In this document: positions 20,155-28,460 of the stretch, in pieces
How positions within the stretch are numbered: the first letter of the stretch is position 1
Layout: every line of letters starts with the position of its first letter
Assembly (NCBI GenBank): GCA_041649575.1
Contig: JBAZMW010000005.1
Coordinates: 38,734 to 102,733, forward strand
Direction of reading: 5' to 3'
Source: Patescibacteria group bacterium
Lineage (GTDB): Bacteria; Patescibacteriota; Patescibacteriia; 2-01-FULL-39-33
Length of the DNA: 64,000 bases
Notes under the pieces: model-generated
Database searches by the model: none
Told to the model about the DNA's origin: nothing
Seen by the model: only the letters and a program-made list of their open reading frames with translations
Made by a program: the position numbers and the translations under genes

Positions 20155-20330
20155 AAGTAGTGTACCTTGGCTTCATCTTTGGGCAGCTCTCTATAGTAGG
20201 GGTAGAGGGCAAGTAGTTGTGAGGCCGATTGCTGCGGCGATCGCGACCAAAATCGACAGGGCGGACCTAGTTCGCCCATCCCCTCATTCTGAAGTGGCTG
20301 GCACAGGTATGTGTTCAGCCCCTTTTTTGT
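20155..20330 (+). ncRNA. Candidate small RNA (about 175 nt) ending in a terminator, class unknown
   Basis: Begins after the promoter above. GC-rich with internal hairpins (for example GGGCG..CGCCC). Ends with GGCTGGCACAGGTATGTGTTCAGCC plus CCTTTTTT (20296-20328). The overlapping 94-aa ORF starts upstream of the promoter and is judged spurious. Confidence 0.25.
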
Positions 20331-20345
20331 TTAAGTGGTTAGATG

Positions 20346-20374
20346 TTGACAAAATTTTATACTTGTGATACAAT
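20346..20374 (+). promoter_or_regulatory. Sigma70-like promoter of the methyltransferase gene
   Basis: TTGACA (20346-20351), 17 nt, TACAAT (20369-20374). The RBS AAGGAGACGGG precedes the ATG at 20444. Confidence 0.45.
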
Positions 20375-20443
20375 AATATGAAACCCTCTTGGTTTCGTTT
20401 GGCACATTGAAAGCCGAATTATTCGGCAACAAGGAGACGGGAC

Positions 20444-21412
20444 ATGTCGCACAGAGGAAGTCTAGGAAGACTTTTGCGACGCCATCCCGCGTCGCCAAAA
20501 GTAGCAGCCGAGATGATTCGTCGTCGCACCAGGATTCACTTCGCGCAAGTCACTGACGATTTGATTCCGGATGCCTTCGAGATATACGAAGGGGATTGTT
20601 TCAAGACCGCGATCAAGAAGCATCCCAGGGTGAAAGGGTTCATAAAGGATTTCTGGCGGTGGAATGAATACGCCTTGTCGCTTATGAACCAGAACTCATT
20701 CCCCTACATCAGCATGCAGCAGCTTCTGGCCAAGATGATCGCTCCCTTTACCGGGGAAGTTCTGGCCGACATCGGCTGTGGCGCTGGTGATTTCTGTGCT
20801 CGTTTGCTTCAGCAAGACGGACACTGGATCCGGAAGATCTTCGCTGTCGATATTGATGCTTGGGGCTCACTCGCCAGGGTGCCGCAGACTCTCAAGGATG
20901 CTGGGTACAGGGGGAAAGTGGCCTTGGCTCAAGACTCGACGATGTCCAGACTGCCAATCTGGGACGAAACCGTGGACTGTGTTGTTTCCAGTCTGGGCGG
21001 TGTCACCTATGCGGGTTGGTGGTTCGAAGACGGCGAGCTGGTTTGTGAAGGAAGGGAGGCACTGCGGAGAAGCCTGAAAGACATCCGTCGCATTCTGAAG
21101 CCGGGTGGGTATCTAGGATTTTCAGGTTTGATGCCGAATCCCGACTTCATGATGATCTTCAAGTATTCGCTGTGGGAGCCGCTACGTCACTGTCGCCTCA
21201 AGCCGTTGTGGATGACTCTTAAGCACGGCTTGCGGATCAAGAAGATCTCCGCTTTCATGCACGAGTGTGAGTGCAAGCAGACCGCGCACTACCTCACCCT
21301 GGAGGAGTGGGCTGCTTATCTAAAGGAAGCGGGATTCGAAGTTGTCGACGCTAGCGTCGGCGAGTCGTACGCTAAGCAGGGCATCGTAGTAGTCGCACGT
21401 AAGGTCAGTTGA
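20444..21412 (+). CDS. Class I SAM-dependent methyltransferase
   Basis: Motif I VLADIGCGAGDF. 322 aa. GC-rich. Confidence 0.7.
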   Translation: MSHRGSLGRLLRRHPASPKVAAEMIRRRTRIHFAQVTDDLIPDAFEIYEGDCFKTAIKKHPRVKGFIKDFWRWNEYALSLMNQNSFPYISMQQLLAKMIAPFTGEVLADIGCGAGDFCARLLQQDGHWIRKIFAVDIDAWGSLARVPQTLKDAGYRGKVALAQDSTMSRLPIWDETVDCVVSSLGGVTYAGWWFEDGELVCEGREALRRSLKDIRRILKPGGYLGFSGLMPNPDFMMIFKYSLWEPLRHCRLKPLWMTLKHGLRIKKISAFMHECECKQTAHYLTLEEWAAYLKEAGFEVVDASVGESYAKQGIVVVARKVS

Positions 21413-21424
21413 CTTCGATCCTCT

Positions 21425-21470
21425 CAAGATCGCGAGATTGAGAGGGGGTCGGAGTTTTATTTTTCCATAA
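21425..21470 (+). terminator. Intrinsic terminator after the methyltransferase gene
   Basis: CCTCTCAA-GATCGCGAGAT-TGAGAGG hairpin followed by GGGGTCGGAGTTTTATTTTT. Confidence 0.4.
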
Positions 21471-21507
21471 ATAATGATAAAATATTTATATAAAGACGGG
21501 AAGAATT

Positions 21508-23151
21508 ATGGATATAAGAAACATAATTTTATTTATTGTATCGGTTTTGGATATAATCGTAGCGCTGGTTATATTTATTCATAACCCCAAAAAGGTTATG
21601 AATATAGCTTATTCTCTGACTGCTGTCTGGGCTGGCTTGTGGGGTTTTGGCATTGCAATGTTTAGGATGTCCACTATTCACTTAGAACAATTGGTTTGGA
21701 ACCAGTTTTTTATTTTTGTAGCGGCGTTGGTCGGCAGCGGTTTTTTACACTTCTCTTTGGTTTTCGGCGACAAGGCCGCAAAGTTGGATTTGAGAAGGTT
21801 TATATTGGTATACGCCCCTAATCTGATAGTTTTATGGGCAGTTTTGACTCCGGGAGTCATGATTAAGGATATCGTTGTCAGGAGCTGGGGCAACGAGAGT
21901 ATTTTGGGTTGGGGCTATATTTATTACGGCTTGTATTTTGCCTTGTTGTGGCTGTGGGCGACTTTCAACTTGTTTAAAAAATATGCTAAAGGCGAACCAT
22001 CCCTAAGACAACAAATACTTTTTATCTATATTGGCATTGGCGTATCAATAGTTTTTGGCGCCACCTTTAACCTGATTTTTATTTTACTGGGCAATTATCA
22101 ATACATTTGGCTGGGGCCATATGCCATGTTTTGCTTTGTTATCGCCACTTCTTATGCGGTGGCCAAACATCAGCTATTGGATATAAAGGTGGTGACAACA
22201 GAAATTTTTGCTATCTTTTTGAGTCTGTTGACCTTTTCCGATCTGTTCAGGACTAGTGGTGGTTGGGAGTTTTCCGGAAAATTAGCTTTATTTTTATTAA
22301 CTTTATTTTTTTCCATCCTTCTCATCCGCTCTGTCCTAAATGAAGTTCGCCGCCGCGAAGAAATGGAAAAACTCACCGAAGAATTAAAAAAGACCACCAA
22401 GAAGTTGGCTTCTGCCAACAAGGAACTGGAAAGGCTGGACGAAGCCAAGTCGGAATTTTTGTCCATCGCCAGCCACCAGCTGCGCACTCCCTCCACCATT
22501 ATCAAAGGCTATATTTCCATGATGCTCGAGGGCAGTTTTGGCAAGGTGCCAAAAATAATCAAAGAGAATTTAGATAAGGTCTATATTTCCAACGAGCGCT
22601 TGTTAAATTTGATAGAAACATTATTAAATATTTCCCGCATTGAATCTGGCCGACTAGAATTCAACACCCAGCCGGTGGATTTGGTGAAGACCATCGAGCC
22701 GATTGTGGCCGACTTTCAGAAGAAGGCCAAGGAGAAGGGCTTGAAACTGGAATTTAGAGCCGAAAAAGATATCCCACAGGCCAAGGCCGACCCGCAGAAA
22801 GTCAAGGAAGTGATTTCCAACCTGATAGACAACTCTGTCAAATATACCAAGGAGGGTGAGGTGATTATCGGTTTGCATCAGGAGGGCCAGTCGGTGGTTT
22901 TTACCTGCCAGGACACGGGTATTGGCATTGATCCAGAAGATGTGCCGCGGCTGTTTAATAAGTTTGTGCGCGGCAAGGGCATGATGCAGGTGTATACCGA
23001 AGGCACGGGCTTGGGACTATACTTCGCGCGGATGGTGATAGAAAATATGGGCGGCCGTATTTGGGCGGAATCGCCAGGCAAAGGCAAGGGCAGCAAATTT
23101 TCTTTTTCTCTGACGATGGCCGATAAAAATAAGGCTAAGAAAGTGAGCTAG
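21508..23151 (+). CDS. Sensor histidine kinase with N-terminal 7TM sensor domain
   Basis: About 7 TM helices, then a coiled coil. HisKA H-box SIASHQLRTP. HATPase_c G-boxes DTGIGI and GTGLGLYFARMV. 547 aa. Confidence 0.85.
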   Translation: MDIRNIILFIVSVLDIIVALVIFIHNPKKVMNIAYSLTAVWAGLWGFGIAMFRMSTIHLEQLVWNQFFIFVAALVGSGFLHFSLVFGDKAAKLDLRRFILVYAPNLIVLWAVLTPGVMIKDIVVRSWGNESILGWGYIYYGLYFALLWLWATFNLFKKYAKGEPSLRQQILFIYIGIGVSIVFGATFNLIFILLGNYQYIWLGPYAMFCFVIATSYAVAKHQLLDIKVVTTEIFAIFLSLLTFSDLFRTSGGWEFSGKLALFLLTLFFSILLIRSVLNEVRRREEMEKLTEELKKTTKKLASANKELERLDEAKSEFLSIASHQLRTPSTIIKGYISMMLEGSFGKVPKIIKENLDKVYISNERLLNLIETLLNISRIESGRLEFNTQPVDLVKTIEPIVADFQKKAKEKGLKLEFRAEKDIPQAKADPQKVKEVISNLIDNSVKYTKEGEVIIGLHQEGQSVVFTCQDTGIGIDPEDVPRLFNKFVRGKGMMQVYTEGTGLGLYFARMVIENMGGRIWAESPGKGKGSKFSFSLTMADKNKAKKVS

Positions 23152-23191
23152 CTTATGCCAGCAAAACAATTTTTGCTAAAAGGTTGTCTTT

Positions 23192-23220
23192 TACCATAAC
23201 TATGGTATAATTATACCATA
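23192..23220. promoter_or_regulatory. Operator-like nested palindrome overlapping the -10 region upstream of the MNT/HEPN pair
   Basis: TACCATA-AC-TATGGTA-TAATTA-TACCATA. TATGGTATAATTATACCATA is a perfect 20-bp palindrome containing TATAAT. Confidence 0.45.
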
Positions 23221-23239
23221 ATCAAGGTGATAATAACTT

Positions 23240-23779
23240 ATGGTTTTCAAGGGTAAAGCAGAGAATAAAATTCTAGACTACTTTTTTGTAAACGTGTCAG
23301 CCAGGCATTATATTAATGAATTGGCGAGAATTTTGGATCTTGACCCCAAAAATACCTACCGCAAGCTTCTAGAGCTGGAAGAAAGAGGGGTGTTGGGAAG
23401 TGAATTTTCAGGCAAACAGAGGTATTTTTTTCTGGCTGCCAAAAATCGGTCGTTAAAAAATTTGCGATCACTTTTTTTGAGCACAGCGGGGCTGGAAAGA
23501 CGGCTAAGAGAGATAATGAAAGTAGATAAAAAAATAAAGCAAGCCTATCTTTTTGGCTCTTATGCCCAAGACAAAATGAGTCTTTCCAGTGATATTGATC
23601 TTTTGGTTGTCGGCCATCACTCGCCTTTGAAATTACAAAAAGAGATAGGCAGGATTCAAAAGGAAGTCGGGCGAGAGATCAACGTGATCAATTTAAGCGA
23701 AACCGAGTTTAAGGAAAAAAGGGAAAAGGATGCTTTTTTAAAGAATATTTTTTCAAAAAAAATAATCAGATTGAAGTGA
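23240..23779 (+). CDS. Minimal nucleotidyltransferase (MNT) with N-terminal wHTH; antitoxin-like partner of HEPN
   Basis: GSYAQDKMSLSSDIDLLVVG nucleotidyltransferase signature (GS..D.D). Its stop overlaps the start of the downstream HEPN gene (ATGA). Confidence 0.7.
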   Translation: MVFKGKAENKILDYFFVNVSARHYINELARILDLDPKNTYRKLLELEERGVLGSEFSGKQRYFFLAAKNRSLKNLRSLFLSTAGLERRLREIMKVDKKIKQAYLFGSYAQDKMSLSSDIDLLVVGHHSPLKLQKEIGRIQKEVGREINVINLSETEFKEKREKDAFLKNIFSKKIIRLK

Positions 23780-24180
23780 CGATTTTTGAAAATGACTATT
23801 TCCAGCCGCTGAAGTTTGAACCGGAGCAAATCAGTCAATATGTGGCCTCGGCCAAAAGAGATTTTTCCATAGCTAAAAACTCATCTGAGCCCGAGGTGGT
23901 CTTTAGGTTTGCTTATGACGCGATGATAAAATTAGGCCTGGCTTTAATTGCCAAACACGGGTATCGGGTCAGAAGCGCGCCCGGACACCATATCAAAATT
24001 ATAGAAAAGATAGGATCGGTTTTGCATGACGGAGACATTGAAATGATGGGCAACCAGATGAGACAAAAACGCAACCTTGACTTATACAGCGGCGGATTTT
24101 TGATTTCAGAAAAAGATAGCAAAGAATATCTAGTTTTTGTGGAGAAGCTTTTTAAAAAGGCGGATAATCTTTTGTTATGA
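23776..24180 (+). CDS. HEPN-domain protein (toxin-like partner of MNT)
   Basis: 134 aa. Rx4-6H motif RVRSAPGHH. Translationally coupled to the upstream nucleotidyltransferase. Confidence 0.6.
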   Translation: MTIFENDYFQPLKFEPEQISQYVASAKRDFSIAKNSSEPEVVFRFAYDAMIKLGLALIAKHGYRVRSAPGHHIKIIEKIGSVLHDGDIEMMGNQMRQKRNLDLYSGGFLISEKDSKEYLVFVEKLFKKADNLLL

Positions 24181-24220
24181 TTCCTAAAGTAATCTTTTGT
24201 TACGTCTGTATTTAAATTAT

Positions 24221-24964
24221 ATGTGCAGACTCTTAGCCATTAAAGGAAAGATAAGCCAGGCCGACTTGGCTTTTGTTTTAGGTGAATTCAAAAAACAGGC
24301 GGTAATCGGCCGAGTGCCTCATGGCGTTAAGCCCGGTCATCGCGATGGCTGGGGTTTTTCGGTTTATCAAAAAGGCAAGGTAAAAATATATGAGCGCAGC
24401 AACCAAGATGCCAGCCAGGACAAAAAATATGATCAAACTGTAAATAAGATTTTAAAAATTGATAGCCAGATAATTATCGGGCATCTAAGAAAGGCGTCGG
24501 TCGGAGAAAATAATGCCAAAAACAACCATCCGTTTGTGTATAAGAATTTTTCTTTCTGCCATAACGGCAAAATACTTGAAAGTGACAAGATAAAAATCAA
24601 AGCCAAATTTAAAAAATCAATCAAGGGCAGTACCGATTCGGAGCGGCTGTTTTATTTTATCCTTGGCAATCTGACCACCAGCATTAAGTTAAAAGTTGAT
24701 TTTATAAAAGCGATTAAGAAGATAAAAAAAGATTTTGATTATACCGGTTTGAACTTACTGTTTTCTAACGGCCGGAAACTGATCGCCATAAGGGAAGTGA
24801 ATTTAAAGAATAAGGTAGTAAAAGAAAAGAAGATGCTGGGCTATTATGGTTTGTTTGTTGGCATTAATAAAAAATATAGCTATCAGATAGTCGCCTCTGA
24901 AAAAATAAAACTACCAGGAACAAGCTGGCGGTTGATGAAGAATGCAGAAATAATAGAATTATAA
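24221..24964 (+). CDS. Class II (Ntn-type) glutamine amidotransferase, YafJ-like
   Basis: Start placed at MCRLLAIKG so that Cys2 is the Ntn nucleophile. Downstream GHLRKAS..NNHPF and TDSERLFY motifs are typical of class II GATases. Confidence 0.65.
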   Translation: MCRLLAIKGKISQADLAFVLGEFKKQAVIGRVPHGVKPGHRDGWGFSVYQKGKVKIYERSNQDASQDKKYDQTVNKILKIDSQIIIGHLRKASVGENNAKNNHPFVYKNFSFCHNGKILESDKIKIKAKFKKSIKGSTDSERLFYFILGNLTTSIKLKVDFIKAIKKIKKDFDYTGLNLLFSNGRKLIAIREVNLKNKVVKEKKMLGYYGLFVGINKKYSYQIVASEKIKLPGTSWRLMKNAEIIEL

Positions 24965-25087
24965 AATTCAGCTCAGCCTTCAAAGGTTGGGCTGAATTGT
25001 TTTTGTTTGACACTGATATGGCCGGGTGATAAGATAATCTCGGTTCCTTCAACAGCCGTAATGATACGGCAGAAAGAGAGGTGCATC

Positions 25088-26188
25088 ATGGGAACTGCAG
25101 TGTCTACGTCGCCAACGCCGACTTCCACCGAGACGGCGGAAGAAAGCGTCCCCGACCACCATTCGGAAAGTGAGGTGGCAGGAGAATTGACGAGGCTGTA
25201 CGCTTTCACCTGGGATTTGGGAGAGAAAATGCAGTGTTTCTCCGCGCTCGGGCTGAACGTACCTCCCGCCAACGCCAAGATCTACACCGAGACGGTAAAC
25301 GACGTGATCAACGAGCTCAACCGCGTTCTCAAACCGACGCAAGCCAGAGTGGAGGCCAGGTCGACGCAGGATTTGGCCAGGGCAATCGTGTCCAGGGCCT
25401 TGCGTCATCAATCGGATCTCAGGTCGCGTGCTATGCGAGAATCGTTTGTCGTCAGCACCTGTCCGGAGATCGCCAATATCCGCCAGGGCGTTTCCTTGCA
25501 GATCAATCGTCTCATCGATGAGAACGGTCGGGTGATTGGCCTGGGTCCGCGTCCGGGTACTGAGCCAATCGAGGACCAAATGGAGGCCATCGCACACGCT
25601 TCGGGTGGGCATCCGGTGATACTCATGGAGGATGGAGCGTTCACCGGCGGCACGATGCGTTTTGTGATCGAGAAGATGCGCGAGTATCGTCTCCAGGTGA
25701 TCGCTGTGGTCATCGGCATGGCCTTTCCTACGGCCAAAGAGAAGATCGCCGAGGTCTTCGACGGTGAGATTATCTGCGAGGAGGAGAAAGACTGGCTGGA
25801 CTGGATGCCCGACCACGACTTCTTCCCCTTCGTGCCCAACAGCGGCCGAGTATTCGGCGTTTCTTGGCGAGGCAATCTGGGCCCGCTCTACACTCGCGAG
25901 GGTATCAGTCTGAGCGCGCCATACATCCAACCCTTCGCTCCGTCGAGCAAGTGGGCGAGTATCCCGGAGGCGAGCTTCCTGGAATTCTCGCGTTTCTGTC
26001 TGGACAAGACGTTGCGGATTTTCCAGGATCTCTGCCACCGCAACGGCGATCGCCAGCTCACTATCGGTGACATCATCGACACAAAACCGCGCGTCAGCGT
26101 TCCGATGGGCATGGGCCAGAAGCGCTTTCCGTCTCCGAGTACGCGGATTCTCGATTACCTCAAAGACTGCATCGAGGAGATCGACTGA
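25088..26188 (+). CDS. Phosphoribosyltransferase (type I PRT fold)-domain protein, function unknown
   Basis: PRPP-binding-like motif VILMEDGAFTGGTMR. GC-rich. Start chosen at MGTAVS (RBS AGAGAGG); the track ORF begins at 25007. The fully overlapping minus-strand ORF is rejected. Confidence 0.45.
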   Translation: MGTAVSTSPTPTSTETAEESVPDHHSESEVAGELTRLYAFTWDLGEKMQCFSALGLNVPPANAKIYTETVNDVINELNRVLKPTQARVEARSTQDLARAIVSRALRHQSDLRSRAMRESFVVSTCPEIANIRQGVSLQINRLIDENGRVIGLGPRPGTEPIEDQMEAIAHASGGHPVILMEDGAFTGGTMRFVIEKMREYRLQVIAVVIGMAFPTAKEKIAEVFDGEIICEEEKDWLDWMPDHDFFPFVPNSGRVFGVSWRGNLGPLYTREGISLSAPYIQPFAPSSKWASIPEASFLEFSRFCLDKTLRIFQDLCHRNGDRQLTIGDIIDTKPRVSVPMGMGQKRFPSPSTRILDYLKDCIEEID

Positions 26189-26247
26189 TCCATGATGCAC
26201 TACAACACTAACAACCAGCCTGTTTCCCGCGAGGGAGATGGGCTGTA

Positions 26248-26787
26248 TTATTTTTTATTTTTTGCTAGTTTGATGGCCAGTTTTACGGCCACCGCCGGAT
26301 TTTTTGCGGTCTGAATCTTTAATCTTTTTCTGCGGTCAAAATATTTACCGGCCATTTCATCGGCCCAACCGCCAGTTCCTTTGATGGCGACAATGGGAAT
26401 ATTGAGCTGATAGGCAATGGCCATTTCGGTCAGCGTGCCGGAACCGCCGGAGATGGCAACGATAGCATCACAGCTGTTAACTAAGACAAATTCACGTCCA
26501 CCGCCACGCTCCATCCCGCTGACAATTAATACATCGGTGTTGATGCCCTTGTCCCAGATTTCTTTGCCTTGTCCGTAAGTCACTCCGACGGTTAGGCCCT
26601 TGCCGGCTTTAGCGCCTCGAGCAGCGGCGGTGGAAAGTGAATCATAATCTTTTTCGGCGCCGTAAACGGTGATATTACCAGACTCGGCTATCAGTTTGCC
26701 AGCCTGGTAGGCCAATTTTTCAAGCTCTGAGGAGTATTTGAGATCAGCTGCGGAACCCATGACTCCGATTTGTAATTTTTTGCCCAT
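26248..26787 (-). CDS. LOG-family / TIGR00725-like Rossmann-fold protein
   Basis: GGSGTLTE matches the LOG PGGxGTxxE motif. 179 aa. Confidence 0.65.
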   Translation of the reverse strand: MGKKLQIGVMGSAADLKYSSELEKLAYQAGKLIAESGNITVYGAEKDYDSLSTAAARGAKAGKGLTVGVTYGQGKEIWDKGINTDVLIVSGMERGGGREFVLVNSCDAIVAISGGSGTLTEMAIAYQLNIPIVAIKGTGGWADEMAGKYFDRRKRLKIQTAKNPAVAVKLAIKLAKNKK

Positions 26788-26788
26788 A

Positions 26789-27496
26789 TTATTTATTTAT
26801 TTTTTTCATTTTATAGCAAAGAATTCCCAAGCGGGCGTACTGATTTACCAATAAGGGATAGAACTCTTCTCCCTGGAAAGTGTTGGCTTGGAAATTTTCC
26901 GGCAACGGGCGGTCTTTTTCCCAATCAGTTAGACTAATAGTGCCATCAACGCGATAAACCGTTTTTTCTTTTGGAGAATGATTTTGATTTTTTTCCATGG
27001 CCAAAATAAAATTTTCTACTACCTCTGTCGCTTCTGTGACCACTTGTTGGTAGTCGCGTCCCATTATTCCAAACTCCAACTCAACGCAATTATCCAAGAT
27101 ACCGCCCAATGGTCCTTGCGGGTCGGGCCAGAGCAACACGGTATCCAAGCTCAACCAATCGAGCGGAAATTTAGTCGGCAAGTCTGGTCTAGGCGCAATA
27201 ATGAAATTATTATTGCCTTTGCCGGCTTTATGAATATCAATGATGTATTGGTATTTTTTGGCCACTTCCAAATTTTCGGCCGCTCGGCGCAGTTCGTATT
27301 TGTCGCTTTTAGGATCTCCCGGGTAAGCACGATTTAAATCATAGTCGATGAAGCGTTCGTTTTTTTCCAAAGCCAAAGGGTTGCCGATAAGCACATCAAA
27401 ATAGTCGGATAATTTTTTATCATTCAGATTCTTTATCACTTCAAGTCCGATTGGTTCATCACCATGAGTGGCGGCGATTAGTAGTAGTTTTTTCAT
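26789..27496 (-). CDS. Succinylglutamate desuccinylase/aspartoacylase (AstE/AspA) family zinc hydrolase
   Basis: N-terminal LLLIAATHGDEPIG (HxxE zinc ligands of the AstE_AspA/M14-like family). 235 aa. Confidence 0.65.
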   Translation of the reverse strand: MKKLLLIAATHGDEPIGLEVIKNLNDKKLSDYFDVLIGNPLALEKNERFIDYDLNRAYPGDPKSDKYELRRAAENLEVAKKYQYIIDIHKAGKGNNNFIIAPRPDLPTKFPLDWLSLDTVLLWPDPQGPLGGILDNCVELEFGIMGRDYQQVVTEATEVVENFILAMEKNQNHSPKEKTVYRVDGTISLTDWEKDRPLPENFQANTFQGEEFYPLLVNQYARLGILCYKMKKINK

Positions 27497-27565
27497 ATTT
27501 AAAGTTGGTTAAAAATGGTGTTGAGGAACAGCCGGAGCTGTTCCTCGGTAAGGTGCGGTTACGGT

Positions 27566-28120
27566 TTAGAGCGCCAATAACCAGTAGCTGCGATCGGTTT
27601 CCGCGCCGTCGCGAACGTCAAGCTCGCGAAAGCCCAAATTGGCGTAGAGTGAACGCGCCGGTACGGCGCGCATGTCGGTGCGCAGGATAGCCTGCTGGTG
27701 GCCCAAGGTCTTGGCGCGCGCAATCAGTATGCGGCTTAGCAACTTACCCAGGTTTTTGCCGCGAAAACGCGAGTCGACGCCCAGCTCATCAACGTAGAAT
27801 ACGCGTCGGTCATCAGTGAAGATGAAGTCGAGCTGTCGGGAGCTGGCGATCAGTCTCATATCCTCTTGACTGACGGTATAGCCAAGCGTGAAGCCAGCGA
27901 GTTCTGGTTGCGGCTTACCGTTTTGTGCAAAAACCAGTAAGGCGGCAACCCCGGGTAGCCGGAGATGATTAGCAATATCGCCTTTGACTCCCCGCGGTGT
28001 CCAAAAGTCCTCTAGCCACGGCGGCTCTTTCCAGATTTGACAATACAGGGCAGCGTAAGCATCGTGTATCCAACTGTCGAGATGGGATATGTTGAATTCC
28101 GAGATTTCGAAGTTCGCCAT
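27566..28120 (-). CDS. GNAT family N-acetyltransferase
   Basis: Motif A FRGKNLGKLLL. 184 aa. GC-rich. Confidence 0.6.
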   Translation of the reverse strand: MANFEISEFNISHLDSWIHDAYAALYCQIWKEPPWLEDFWTPRGVKGDIANHLRLPGVAALLVFAQNGKPQPELAGFTLGYTVSQEDMRLIASSRQLDFIFTDDRRVFYVDELGVDSRFRGKNLGKLLSRILIARAKTLGHQQAILRTDMRAVPARSLYANLGFRELDVRDGAETDRSYWLLAL

Positions 28121-28460
28121 GGTGTCTCTCCTTGGTTGTCACGAGCCGGGCTCGATGATCGCTTCTAAAAAGATGGGGTACAAAAAACCCCTTTCTCTAT
28201 CCGAGAAAGGGATTATCTCAAAGCCAATTCTAACTTATGGAATTAGCTTCGCAATAATCCCTTTTTTGTGATGATGTCTTAAAATTGTTTTAGGACTCCC
28301 GATCATATTAATCAAATTATAGATGGAATTTATTAAAAAGTCAAATAAAAATTACAGTTGACAGAAAAAATTTTTAATGGTAGTTTATAAATACCTTTTT
28401 AATTAAGGCAGGAAAACAGGCTTGCCGACGGCAAGAACTATAAGGAAAGGATCCGATACC

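Noticed and set aside
20084-20368. 94-aa ORF overlapping candidate sRNA 2
   Set aside because: Its start lies upstream of the DnaA-box/promoter cassette, it has no RBS, and its end coincides with the terminator hairpin, so it is more parsimonious as non-coding.
24221-26188. Split purF (class II GATase followed by PRTase)
   Set aside because: The GATase has YafJ-like motifs rather than the PurF N-domain. The PRTase protein has an unrelated 250-aa N-terminal region and a sharply different GC content, so simple adjacency is not evidence of a split PurF.
25049-26200. 383-aa minus-strand ORF fully overlapping the PRTase-domain gene
   Set aside because: High-GC regions produce long antisense ORFs. 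The plus-strand frame carries a recognisable PRPP-binding motif and an RBS, and the minus frame has no motifs.
28188-28212. Hairpin CCCTTTCTC/GAGAAAGGG plus T-run on the minus strand upstream of hisS as a terminator
   Set aside because: No minus-strand gene approaches from that side. It may instead be part of a hisS leader structure. No T-box motifs were recognisable, so it is left uncalled.
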